Shown here one piece after another: positions 31,579 through 42,590 of a stretch of DNA of 64,000 bases. Numbering within the stretch: the stretch's first letter is position 1; each line of letters starts with the position of its first letter. Under the pieces are notes generated by a model. It did no database searches. It was not told where the DNA came from and saw only the letters and a list, made by a program, of their open reading frames with translations. The DNA is from Epithemia pelagica (Eukaryota; Protista; Bacillariophyta): contig OX337231.1 of assembly GCA_946965045.2 (NCBI GenBank), positions 1,550,001-1,614,000 of the forward strand. Direction: 5' to 3'. The translations under genes and the position numbers were made by a program.

Positions 31579-32619
31579 TTATATGTTGGCGGGTAATTGT
31601 CGCAGTAGCCAGAAGCCTTCTGGATCGCTGTCATCGTCTTCTTGCACACAAACAAAATGGAGGCCCTTCAATGATGCCTTACCCTCCTCAAGGGCAGCAG
31701 CTTCAGTTCGCTGCTGATCGTTAAGGCGGGCCAAAAGATATTCTGTATCAATGTCTGTTTCCATGACAAGAATGCGTTTCCGCAAATCAGCTGTAAGTGC
31801 CACCACTTCCGTTCCAGCCAGCCATGAAGCAAGGGCCTTGGCTCTGGCCGACAAAATAACCACACCCTGAACAAAGGAATCTCCAGGTATATCCTTTGGA
31901 ATTGCACACAAACGACCCTGGCCGACTGTTTCGCTGTTGACTCCACCGCCGGGCAGAAACTCGGCCACTGGCAAGGCCACAAAGGCATATTTTTCGCCGC
32001 GAAGAGCATCAGGGAGTTTCACGGGAGTTCGTACATCCAAGAACGATGTTGCGGAGCTTCCAATCATGTTTCGATTATATCCTTCCATGGCAGGATACAC
32101 ATCCCTATGCCTCTCCTCCAACCACGTAGCCAAAGCAAGCGTACACCGACTGGGGCGAGAAGTCACGGACAAATCTTGCAACGCAATGTTCAGCATGTTG
32201 AACATGGCTCCTCGAAAGAATCTAATGATATTGGGTTTTGTATCCGAATTCTCAATAAGATCATCGACCACTTGCCGAACCATTTTGGAGTTGACTTGGT
32301 TCGACGGCAGCTCATGTCGATAACGGAAGCTACCGGCAGAATCTGTCACAAGCACCTCCCACAACTTTTTCCCATTCTTCACCACAGGACGACTATAGCA
32401 ATCCAATTCCCATTCATCGGTGGCGGCATCTGCATCAATCACAGTAAACTCTACAGTGTCTGAGACAGGGGGATTCGATGCCAAATCTGTGCTTGCAGAA
32501 GATCTGGATCCAGCTTTCACACAACTCCTTGCTTGACGAGAGACAAACCCGACAGACCGACCGCAAAGCACATTAGCAATCAAGAACCATGCCCATACTA
32601 TCATCGTGATTCCCCTCAA
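31579..32619 (-). CDS. TAB2: Plastid RNA-binding protein, Tab2/ATAB2 family
   Basis: WELDCYSRP...KKLWEVLVTD, VNS, FFR, GFWLL; bipartite targeting N-terminus. Confidence 0.9.
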   Translation of the reverse strand: MRGITMIVWAWFLIANVLCGRSVGFVSRQARSCVKAGSRSSASTDLASNPPVSDTVEFTVIDADAATDEWELDCYSRPVVKNGKKLWEVLVTDSAGSFRYRHELPSNQVNSKMVRQVVDDLIENSDTKPNIIRFFRGAMFNMLNIALQDLSVTSRPSRCTLALATWLEERHRDVYPAMEGYNRNMIGSSATSFLDVRTPVKLPDALRGEKYAFVALPVAEFLPGGGVNSETVGQGRLCAIPKDIPGDSFVQGVVILSARAKALASWLAGTEVVALTADLRKRILVMETDIDTEYLLARLNDQQRTEAAALEEGKASLKGLHFVCVQEDDDSDPEGFWLLRQLPANI

Positions 32620-33460
32620 TTTGAGAACCGTATTGTTGTGTTGTTGTATTAACGGTAGCTCTCGCTAGTTCAACTCGGACGCCGATGATGGAATGAGAGA
32701 AAGATGGTGGAGCGATGAGTTTAGAGTTTACGTCAAGTGATGTGTGTGCGGATTGACGCCGAGAAGAAACGACGCACACCACGCACGACACGTGTATTGG
32801 CCACAGGTGCAATTGGGAATTTCTACTGTGACACAATGTGTAGCGGGAATGGCGAAAGCGACAGGTGTCTTGCTGCGTCGCAGGTCTGTGCGTGTTTCAC
32901 CTCTTGCGGGTTCGTTCCAATTCATTTGGTCATCACAAACAACGGGGTGTGGGTAACCTCGTTGTTAGACCAACTATTGTATCGATTCCTTTCCTTTTCT
33001 TCTTTTTCTTCGGGCAACCATCGCCCGCTATTTTTTATTGATAGGATAGAGAGGAAATTGTAAGTTAGGTCGAGTGGAATGGCCGTTCCGATGAGTGGTC
33101 ATTGGACCCAAAGCGCCGCTGCTCATGTCCAGTCCATGGCGCTGGACAGACGCTTCGCGCATTGCGTTTTTACGGTTTTGAGCTTATGATTGTATCTCAA
33201 TGAACCCATTTTCACTTTGCTTTTGAAGAATAATTTTGTACGATAATCAGAAACAAGTGTTGGGGTCTTAAACTCCTGAAAGGGGGTTCTCCGCCGATCA
33301 CCCGGCCAATCTGCAACCGAGATTTCGTGTGAATTCCGCTGCATTTTGCCCTCTTGTTGTACGGTCCCCTCCTTTTATTTCAAGGGTCCCTGTACATTCC
33401 CAATTTGCAATAATTTCGTCCTCTTCGTCTCCGTTAGACGAACGCAAGAGTGGAGCAGCC

Positions 33461-35018
33461 ATGGCCACTGCTTCCACAATGGTACGACCTCCGGCTGGAC
33501 GGCCGCCCCCACCGCCGGGTCGCCCACGTCCTCCTTCGGTTGCGCGAAAGGGGCCCGTTCCTCCCCCACCGCCTCCGAAAAAAGGCCAACTTTCGAAACC
33601 GAAACCTCCACCCAAACCAGCAGCCAAGACTGTGAATAAACGCCCGGCTCTGACTTCCTCTGGAAATGATGCCTCTTCTTCTCCCAAACGTGCCAAAATT
33701 GGCCGTGTATATATTATGGCCCCAATTGTTCTTCGTGATGTGAATGTGTTCCAGAGGAAATATCAGGTTGGTCAGGGTACCTACGGCAGTGTCTTCGTGG
33801 GACAGGATAAGGTTTCGAATGAAATTGTCGCTCTCAAACGCATCAACACGAAGCAAGAAGAGAACGGTTTCCCTATCACTGCTTTGCGTGAAGTGAAAAT
33901 ATTGAAGGCGTTGACCCACCCAAACATTGTGACGCTCAAAGAGATTGTGACCTCAAAGGGTATGTTTCTCTATCCATGTCGTTCGTTATCATACCGGCGT
34001 GCATGTTTCGCGCGTTGCTCGTTTGCCCACGAAACAGCGTGCAGTTCTAAACGCCCACAGTCAATGCGTGTTTACTATCACGGATCGCGCTTTCTTGTTC
34101 GTGTGCGCTCTGTATAAAGCTTTGCGATATTTTTCGTATTTTTGCCTGAATTGTTTCTGACAATTGTGCTCTTATTCGGGACCCATAGAACAAGGAACTA
34201 TCCCCAAAAATGTTTTCATGGTCTTTGAATATCTGGAGTACGACTTGACGGGCGTTCTAGAGACACCGGAGATCCACTTCACGCAGGATCACGTTAAATC
34301 GTGGTCGCAACAGCTTTTGAGTGGAGTTCATTACATGCACACCAACAAGGTTATTCATCGTGACCTGAAAGCGTCAAATCTTCTCATCAACAAGAAAGGA
34401 GAGCTCAAGATTGCTGACTGGGGCCTTGCCCGGAGTTGGAACAGTGACATGAAGCGCTTGACCAACAAGGTTATCACTTTGTGGTACCGCCCCCCTGAAC
34501 TCTTGCTCGGGTGCTTGGAGTACACGGACAAGATTGACATGTGGAGTGTAGGTTGCATTATCGCCGAGATGTTTCGTCGTTCTGGTTTCTTGAAGGGTGC
34601 GAACGAGGCTACCCAATTGGATTTGATTTTCCGCACATTTGGTCACCCGACGGAAGAAGATTGGCCTGATATTAAGAAAAAGTGCAAACTTTGGTCCAAA
34701 TTTGAACCTGCTCCTAGGGAGCGATTGCCGTGCCGTATTCGCGAAGCTCTCACTACGCAACTCCCTAACCCCAAGTGGATGACTGATCACGCAATCAATC
34801 TTATTGTCAAACTGTGCGAAATGAACCCCAATAAGCGATGGACCGCCGAACAGGCTCTCGACGCTGACTACTTCTTCGAGAACCCAATTGTGAAAACCCC
34901 TGATAAACTCTCCATGAAGTTTCCTGTTGCAAGCGTCCATGAGTGGGATTGTCGTCGTAAATATGAACAAAAGATGCAACAGCAACAACGCAAACTTCAA
35001 GCCACCACGCAAAAGTGA
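33461..35018 (+). CDS. CDK9: CDK9/CDKC-type cyclin-dependent kinase with a Pro-rich N-terminus (exons 33461-33959, 34189-35018)
   Basis: GQGTYG, PITALRE, HRDLK, DWG, VITLWYRPPELLLG; in-phase GT-AG intron. Confidence 0.9.
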
Positions 35019-35196
35019 AATCGTTCCAGAAATCAAAATGATGAAAGCTGCGTGTGATTCTTGTTCTTCCTACCTTCCCAAAATCCCTACAAAAAATTCT
35101 TAATTTCCCGAAACCCCAACAAAAATTCAATGGACTCTCTACGTGATTAAATAGCGTTGATCCCTCTTCGTGATGCGTTTAATAAAAAACTTATCA

Positions 35197-36018
35197 TCAG
35201 CGATCGCACCCTTGGCCTCCGTTAGCAACTGCTCTGTAGTATCTATTGTCGCAGTAAATAGGTTTTCCTCCGCTGTTGATCGACGCCTTTTCAGCCAACT
35301 TTTCATCGTAGCTCAATCGCTGCAACATGGTAGGATCGTATTGATCATAAAGTGGCTTGTAGCTTGAAGCCGCATTAAAACTGATAATGGAGGCGATCCA
35401 AACGCCGCCAAGGCCAAATGAAAATGCTTTGAGACGATCCACAACTGGTTTGACTTTATCATTGTACAAGAACTTGTCACGCTTTTGTTCGGCATCCGTC
35501 TTCAATTCAAAGTCTCCATCGTACCAACCAGTTTCCTCAAACTCAACCACTTTGGATGTTAGCCGGGATCCAACATATCCCCATCCAGAGTAAATTCGAA
35601 GCAGCAGAAATCCAACAAATGACAAGGCTCCAACGTTGCTCGCGGCCACTTTTTGCAAGAGGTATCCCTCTTGTGTGTAGGTTGCTCCAGCAATGGGGAA
35701 GCAAACCGCGAAGAACACAACCAGGTAGACAATTCCAAACCGTGACAGCAAACCTTTCAAGTCAGCAGATGCCCACCCGAATAAAGGCTGCTTGGTCATG
35801 TCCAAGTACTCGTTGATTGGGCGCTGTGCCTCGGGGACTCCTTCGGAACCGAAACTCCGATCTGGCACTAGTTCTTCAAAGTCATTGAAACCATCCGATG
35901 CTGACACTTTGGTCAATCCAGCAGAAGACAGCTTTGTTTTCACATTCCAAGAATTGAAGGCGAAGGTTTGGCCCACCCAAAGCAATAAGAGTACTGGTGA
36001 TCCTACGAGAAACCTCAT
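35197..36018 (-). CDS. ycf36: Ycf36/CGLD27 (DUF1230) plastid membrane protein
   Basis: VPEAQRPINEY, GWGYVGSRL, EETGWYDG; signal peptide ending TFA-F. Confidence 0.85.
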   Translation of the reverse strand: MRFLVGSPVLLLLWVGQTFAFNSWNVKTKLSSAGLTKVSASDGFNDFEELVPDRSFGSEGVPEAQRPINEYLDMTKQPLFGWASADLKGLLSRFGIVYLVVFFAVCFPIAGATYTQEGYLLQKVAASNVGALSFVGFLLLRIYSGWGYVGSRLTSKVVEFEETGWYDGDFELKTDAEQKRDKFLYNDKVKPVVDRLKAFSFGLGGVWIASIISFNAASSYKPLYDQYDPTMLQRLSYDEKLAEKASINSGGKPIYCDNRYYRAVANGGQGCDR

Positions 36019-36273
36019 GGTCGTTCATGAATTGAGATTTTTGTTAGACGAGAAATGAGAACGAATAAAAGAATTCCATCGGATGTCGCATGTCACACTA
36101 AGTACACGTCATCGCTCCAACCGTGACAGCTGGGAAGTGTGCTGGTGCGGAGCCCGCGCGTGCAGCAAGACGGACGGAGGACAGACCAGGAAGCAGCGCA
36201 GATGTTTCTGTCTTGACGAGCTCGCGTTTCTGGGTTGTTCGACAGATTTCCGCGAATGCGAACAGTGGAAGAT

Positions 36274-36296
36274 CTGGATACTGGATACTGGATACT
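36274..36296 (+). repeat. (CTGGATA)3 tandem repeat upstream of the dioxygenase ATG
   Basis: Seen directly. Confidence 0.85.
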
Positions 36297-36321
36297 CATT
36301 AGCTCCACAAGCGAATCGAAG

Positions 36322-37575
36322 ATGTTGCGCTTGACAATGAGAGGCATCTTTCTGGTAATCTTGATCTGTCTTGAATTCGCCGCGTATTCGGTGCAAGGTT
36401 CTGTTCAGCCTGAACCGGTCTCTTCGCATTGGAAGGGTGAAATCAGCTCGACGAGGAAGGATACGATCGAGGACGCCGTGACTGCTGGAGGTGCCGTTCC
36501 TGTGATTGATCTTGGTCGAGACGACAACGACGACGAGCTGGTTCTGGAAATTGCGAGAGCCTGCGAAAGTCCAGGTTTCTTTCAAGTCATCAACCATGGG
36601 ATTCCCCAGTTGCTCATGGACTCGTTTCGCGACCAATGCAGACTCTATTTTGCCTTGGACGATGAGACGAAGCAATCGTGGAAACGACAAGCTGACAATG
36701 CACGAGGATTTTTTGATGATGAACTTACCAAGCAAGTTCGCGATTGGAAAGAGTGCTTAGATATGGGTGTTCCAGGCTCTCGTGACTGGACATTGCCCGA
36801 CGATGATCCGCGAAATGCGTGTTTGGACGGATTCAATCGCTTTCCTCCTGTGGAAATTCTTCCTGATTATCGCAGAGTTTCTGTCGAGTACTTCCAAGCA
36901 TGCGAGGAACTCTCAAAACGTCTTGCCAAGTTAATGACAAGGGGTCTCGGTCGTTCGGACAGTGACCCATTCTTGTTGGATTTGGCAGCCAATCACTCTT
37001 CCTACTTGAGAACAAACTACTATCCTCGATATCATGTCCAAAGGGAAACGCATCCTCCACAATTGGGAATATCACCCCACAAAGACGCTGGGTTCCTGAC
37101 GGTCTTACTGCAAGATGATGACTGTCATTTACTTCAGGTCCCAAGTCATGGAACTCATGGTCCATGGAACACTGTAAAACCTATCCCAGGCGCACTAACG
37201 ATCAACACGGGTGATATGGCCCAAGTATGGTCCAATGGCCGATACCGAGCTCCCCTTCACCGCGTCTTGACAAACTCGGAGAAACCACGATACTCGGCGC
37301 CATTTTTCTACAATCCACCTTACCATGCAAAAGTGGAACCCGTACGACAGGGAAATGACCACAATCGGTACCATCCCGTTCTTTGGGCCTATTTTCGCGC
37401 CTTGCGCTTTGCGGGAGACTTGACGGATTTGGGTGTCGAAATTCAAATTGAAGACTTTGAAACTGGAGAATCCAAGCCATCAGAACACCTCCGAAGACAG
37501 AAAGTCTTCTTGCAACGAGGATTGGCGTATCAACCATTTGACGTGGAACGTTATCGAGAAATCCTCCAAGCGTAG
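36322..37575 (+). CDS. Fe(II)/2OG dioxygenase, DIOX_N (IPNS/plant-type), with a signal peptide
   Basis: VPVIDL, GFFQVINHG, HKD, distal H in APLHRV, RYS. Confidence 0.9.
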   Translation: MLRLTMRGIFLVILICLEFAAYSVQGSVQPEPVSSHWKGEISSTRKDTIEDAVTAGGAVPVIDLGRDDNDDELVLEIARACESPGFFQVINHGIPQLLMDSFRDQCRLYFALDDETKQSWKRQADNARGFFDDELTKQVRDWKECLDMGVPGSRDWTLPDDDPRNACLDGFNRFPPVEILPDYRRVSVEYFQACEELSKRLAKLMTRGLGRSDSDPFLLDLAANHSSYLRTNYYPRYHVQRETHPPQLGISPHKDAGFLTVLLQDDDCHLLQVPSHGTHGPWNTVKPIPGALTINTGDMAQVWSNGRYRAPLHRVLTNSEKPRYSAPFFYNPPYHAKVEPVRQGNDHNRYHPVLWAYFRALRFAGDLTDLGVEIQIEDFETGESKPSEHLRRQKVFLQRGLAYQPFDVERYREILQA

Positions 37576-37756
37576 AAAAATGACTAAACATACTTAGATT
37601 TCGACTTGTACATAAATCTGTACTTTATCAAAGAGGAAACAACTCTTTCTTCGTGGACTCCATGCTCACTATCAATCAGGCTTGATTTTTCCTCTATGGT
37701 GCTTAAACATTTTATTTTCATTACCAGGCCAAACCGCTAAAGATCAGATACTCCTA

Positions 37757-38863
37757 CTACAATTCATCGTTTTCGTCTGGGTTTTTGGGATGATATGGGT
37801 ATCTTTCTCCATTCGGAGCAATCCAGAATCCTTCAACTCCCGGTCCACTCCATTTCACGGAATCCGTAGAGCGGCACCAATGATTCGGACAGTCAGGTTC
37901 CGTGATACCCGTACCTCTCATTTCCAATTTGGTTTGGCGTTTCTTGTCGGGCGGTGGATTGACCCACTCAGGTGGAACGGCATAATGAGCTTCTTTTCCG
38001 TGATCAATTTCCCTCCAACCGCGAGAAGGGTAATAATGAACAAAGAGCGATGTATACCATGTCCCACGGAATGGCTTTGGACGACCATGCCAGCATTTGG
38101 AGGATTCGTAAAAGAGCATGTCACCAGGAGTCAAATAGACTTCGTGAGTGCGTCCTTGAAAGTCCTCGATGTATATTGGCCATGGCTCTATGGAGAATGA
38201 GAATGAGAGAACATTCATTACATTGCAAGATATGGAATGCACCTTTCACTCACCTGCATCTTCGGAAGAATCAATATGGAGAATGAAGGAAATTATATGT
38301 GTTTGCATTCGATCAACATGCATGTAGAGGGCCGATTCGTTTCGGTACAACCGAAATCCATACGCTGTGAAAGGAGTCAATTCCATACCGGCCCATGTTT
38401 CGGCGTAATGCTTTAGTTCATGAAGAGCCCGTCTAGTCAAGTCTGGTCGGGAAATAAACCAGGCGGGTGGGCCACCCATGACAAGCGGTTGACCTTCCAC
38501 TCGCTTTGCATCATATCCGTCGCGAATGCCTTGTTGCAATGCTTCGAGGAGATCCTGTGGACACCGGGCCAAACCAAAGCCATGTTCCGTAAAGTTGGGT
38601 GCCAGAATGGCCGAGCGCATCGTTTGGATGAACCCTTCGTAGCGATCTTGAGGATCTTCAATTTCTTCCACTTGCTGGATTCTGGACTGCATCAAGTTTC
38701 GGTATCCTTCTGTATTCGGAATAAAGGTTTCGACAGGCCAAGTGTAATTGCGATCATGATATCCTGCCACCCTTACGTTCTCGTCCATGGCTGCCGTCAC
38801 TGATACTAGCAATGAAGCAATCAGCAGAACTATTGCCACTATAGATACTTTTGACGAAGCCAT
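37757..38863 (-). CDS. Secreted Fe(II)/2OG oxygenase-like protein (exons 38863-38254, 38187-37757)
   Basis: Signal peptide; R.Y...L.MHVD, EPWPIYI, PGDMLFYES..WHGRP; 66-bp GTGAGT..CATAG intron. Confidence 0.8.
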
Positions 38864-39099
38864 TTCCGTCCTTCCAAATCGGTCAAACGACGAATGGGTT
38901 ACCATGGTGAATGATTCGAAATGGACGGAAATGACCGTTCCCAAACGATGTGACAGAATGAGAACCACTTCTTATCTAAGCGTGGCCGGCGATCGCGCAG
39001 GACAGCTTTCAGGATCAACCACTGACTATGGGTAGTGGATGTTTACGATAAAATATGCTGCATCCTCTCTACCAGAGAATGTGTCAGTCACCATTCACC

Positions 39100-40824
39100 A
39101 TGGCGTTCAACGAGGATTCCACCAAGTCACCCTGTCCGATATGCATGCATGAGAATTGTGAGATGGTACATGGGCCTTGTGGCCATGAATTTTGCCGACC
39201 GTGCGTTGAACGTTTGTTGCTCTCACCCACCCCCAGCAGTGACCGAGCCATGGGAGATCTTTCTTCATGTTCGACCCCGACGTTGGGATCTTGTCCCATC
39301 TGTCGACAAGAACTGTACCTCTTTGATCTCAGATATTCTCAGAGTGGAATAAAGGTACACGCCCAAGAAACCAATGGTGGATTCAATGTGCCAGTAGAAT
39401 TGAGGGGTGCCATTTTTGTGGAAAGCACAGAGAACTATCCTGGAATGATTGGCCGAGGATCCTACCATTTTCCAGTCAACGACAACGAACCACCCTACTA
39501 TGATATTTCCAAGGTTCCACGAAAAAACGACGAAATCACGACGTTACCGCTCGTGGACTGTCACTGGCATGAACCGAGCCGAACGTTTGCCGGAATGTTA
39601 CGGCCACGAAAAGCTGACCAGACTATTAGTCACCAACATGTCATTTTTTCGTTTTCAGCGGATTGGAGATTTGTGCGACAAGGAGTGGTATTGATGCGTC
39701 GAAAGAGAGATTACAAAACGACAAAAGAAATCCAATTAGCCTATCCTTATGACGGAAAGTGGAAAGTTTTGGAATCCGTTGGTTCATTTCTTCCGCAGGC
39801 ATTTCCGGATGTTAAATCGTTTACTGTCGATGGCTTTGGGATCGTAGAGTCCTTGACGCATTATCCATGCATGATTCGGCGTGATGACAAAAAGGATTCG
39901 GCGTCCAGACCAAAGATTGTGTTTTTGGCATCGCTTAAAGAGTTTATTTCATGCTCGTCCTGTGATTTGGATCTTGGCAGTGAAGTAATTCCGATCGGGT
40001 ATGAATGGACATGGGTGGATCCGAACGATCCAGAGACCAAAATGGTCTGGAAACGTGAGTCCATCAGCTCCTCAATACCTGCGGACCAGGCCAATCCGAT
40101 CGGTGGCCACTCAGGGCGGTTCCTTCTTCGATCGACCGAAAACGAAAACGACCTCTATCTTCAACAACAACAAGATTCTGTGGATCCTGTGTACAATAAA
40201 GCTAGCGTGTGGGGCAATGTCTTCTGCCAAGCGTATCAGGTTGGTTTGGCTTCCTATCACTTTGAAGGCACTGGTGAAAATGGTAATTCCTCGGTCTATA
40301 TTTCGTACGAAAGTCCTTCGACCGGTATGTGGCCGCCTTTGGACAATGGGCAAGTTCTTCCAGCTCGTGTTCCATTTCGCAATATTTCCTTTGATACGGA
40401 GTCACGCACTTTCCGTGGTCACATTTGTTGGCAGGAGGATTTTGGGACATCGTGGCAAGGTATGATTCGGTGGGAGTATGAGATGGTCTTTGATCATGAC
40501 TTTACATGCATCGTTGCTGGTCACGTGAATTCTGTGAATTCTCACAATATGGAAGAGTGCATGTCGCGCTATGGAGAATCCTTGATATACTGCAACGTCA
40601 AGCTATGGGATGTGTTTCGCAATGAACTTACCTCCCCCGGACAAGAGGACGACGATAATTCACAAGTCGATGTGGGTGAACGATATCGTACACGATCCTT
40701 GGAACTTCGTGTTGAGTTGCAACGTCAAGGTGCCTCCGTTCGCACAGTGGCGTTGGTCCATCGTGTGTTCACGGCGGCACAAGATCCACAAGGACAAAAT
40801 CCCTTTGAAGGATTCCACGGGTAG
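39100..40824 (+). CDS. RING (C3HC4) protein with two copies of an uncharacterised beta-rich domain
   Basis: CPIC..CGHEFC..C..CPIC; SYHF...RTF.G motif appears twice. Confidence 0.8.
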   Translation: MAFNEDSTKSPCPICMHENCEMVHGPCGHEFCRPCVERLLLSPTPSSDRAMGDLSSCSTPTLGSCPICRQELYLFDLRYSQSGIKVHAQETNGGFNVPVELRGAIFVESTENYPGMIGRGSYHFPVNDNEPPYYDISKVPRKNDEITTLPLVDCHWHEPSRTFAGMLRPRKADQTISHQHVIFSFSADWRFVRQGVVLMRRKRDYKTTKEIQLAYPYDGKWKVLESVGSFLPQAFPDVKSFTVDGFGIVESLTHYPCMIRRDDKKDSASRPKIVFLASLKEFISCSSCDLDLGSEVIPIGYEWTWVDPNDPETKMVWKRESISSSIPADQANPIGGHSGRFLLRSTENENDLYLQQQQDSVDPVYNKASVWGNVFCQAYQVGLASYHFEGTGENGNSSVYISYESPSTGMWPPLDNGQVLPARVPFRNISFDTESRTFRGHICWQEDFGTSWQGMIRWEYEMVFDHDFTCIVAGHVNSVNSHNMEECMSRYGESLIYCNVKLWDVFRNELTSPGQEDDDNSQVDVGERYRTRSLELRVELQRQGASVRTVALVHRVFTAAQDPQGQNPFEGFHG

Positions 40825-40928
40825 CCATGCTAGCTTCTCGTTGCCCCACTACCAATTTCAAATTTTCAAATCCTCATCAGTTTTTCCTTTGTCAGGATCT
40901 TTCAAGTTTTTCAATACACAGGAGAAAG

Positions 40929-41534
40929 ATGAAGCTGTTGGCCGCCTTTTTGACACAGACTTCATGGATTACACCCAGGAATACATTTTGTCTTCAGAGA
41001 CGTGTGCCTTCGGTTCCTTGTTTACCTTGTGGTTTGCCAGCGTCTACCCTGGCGTCACAGCCAGTCAGTACTCAATCTACGGAAGACCCAGCCGACGAAC
41101 ACAGCAATGACGAAGATTTTGACCTCTCCTTGGAAGCCTTTAACAAAGTGAAGGCAGAACGCGACAATTCAGACGATGATGAAGAAAAGACGTATGATGG
41201 TTATGATTTACGAGATGCATTGGTTTCAAAGTGGGGAGAATGCTACGATGTGGATTTCAATCGGGTGGATTCGTTCGGCTTTCGGAAACTATACCTAAAT
41301 ATTTTGCCTTACCGGTTAGGTAGAAGGCCATGGCGTCATGCTTCGGAGCTAGACTATCTCTGTCATCTTCAGGCTGTGGTTGAAATTTTGCAAAAGTACA
41401 ATCAGCTTGACTATGTCCTTTACCAAATTCAAGAAACAAACAAGAAACCCATCGCTGGGAGAAGCCCGATTGTTGCAGTTCCTATTCGACTTGACCTCAC
41501 GACAGAGCAGGTTAAAGATATCATTGGCTATTGA
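40929..41534 (+). CDS. DUF3067-family protein (cyanobacterial/plastid type)
   Basis: YDGYDLRDALVSKWGECYDV..LYL...W...E.DYL..L..V pattern; transit-like N-terminus. Confidence 0.7.
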   Translation: MKLLAAFLTQTSWITPRNTFCLQRRVPSVPCLPCGLPASTLASQPVSTQSTEDPADEHSNDEDFDLSLEAFNKVKAERDNSDDDEEKTYDGYDLRDALVSKWGECYDVDFNRVDSFGFRKLYLNILPYRLGRRPWRHASELDYLCHLQAVVEILQKYNQLDYVLYQIQETNKKPIAGRSPIVAVPIRLDLTTEQVKDIIGY

Positions 41535-41573
41535 ATAGTAGGACGCGATGAAACAAACCACTATGATTCTTCT

Positions 41574-42004
41574 TTAGTCCGATTTTGACGGTGCCCATTC
41601 CATTGCTTTTGTCGCATTGTATGCAAGCCCAGCAGCTCCAATCACGGCAACCAAACCGGAGGGCATGAACTTGCCAGATTGCATGTATCTTAGACCCATT
41701 GCCATCGATAAAACTCCCGCGGTGCCAGCACCCAGCAAATGACCTTCGTAGACACTATCTGTTTTAGCAATCAGGTATCCAGAGCCTATCAACAACGAGC
41801 CGACAGCCAATCCAGCTCCTAAACTCATCTTACTTCCTTTCTTAAAGTATCCGATGGCGCCCCCTACAATCACCAAACCACCCAAACTGAGTCATCAAAA
41901 GCGGTGCGAGTGAGAATGACAATGGAACGGCGCTGCAATGATTAAAAATGCCACTTTACTGCCTACCTTAGGTTCATGTGCGCAGATCCTGGTATTTTTG
42001 ACAT
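41574..42004 (-). CDS. TMEM14/FAX-family small membrane protein (exons 42004-41967, 41886-41574)
   Basis: GGAIGYFKKGSKMSL.AG, R...SGKFMPSG; in-phase intron. Confidence 0.88.
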
Positions 42005-42590
42005 CGTTTATACTTTCTTCCTCAACTGCGATAAAGATGATACGTTCTGTAAGGGATGTTTGGAGAAGTAACCTTTCAACGCAGAAACATGAAAAAGATT
42101 CAAAATCTTTGATCTCAGCGGTTTGGTCTTTTGTATTTCAAATGGGGCATACACATGAAAAACAATGGCACATCTGGGTTGTGAGAAAAAGATCTTCAAA
42201 CCTTCAAAAACCCGCTTATCTCAACATCCACATTCAAAGGACCGAAACATGGTAACCTAAAAGTTGATGCAAATTTCCATAAAGGATGGAAAGGAGACAT
42301 TCGAAGCTGCTGCGGAAAGGGAAAAGGACCTGAAGCACGGCGCCAGATTCAGAAAGGGGCAGTTGAAACGTCGAAGTGCCCGTCGTAGCTTCGGATGTAT
42401 AGAACGCAATTCCGATTGTACGGGTTTCCTAAGGTTTGGGTGTGGGTACTCTACTACAAACCCATGTATGAACTGTATTCCCACTATGTAACATACAAAC
42501 TATGCTGAGACATATTCATGGCTTTTCCAATCTCCGAAGCACTTGTCCCAACAGAACAAAGCTTTTGAAGGGCCATGAGCACAGCGGCAA

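Noticed and set aside
34374-35036. 220-aa minus-strand ORF
   Set aside because: Antisense shadow of the CDK exon
36322-37575. Domoic-acid/kainoid (dab/kab) gene cluster
   Set aside because: No N-prenyltransferase or P450 neighbours; a DIOX-type enzyme alone is not diagnostic
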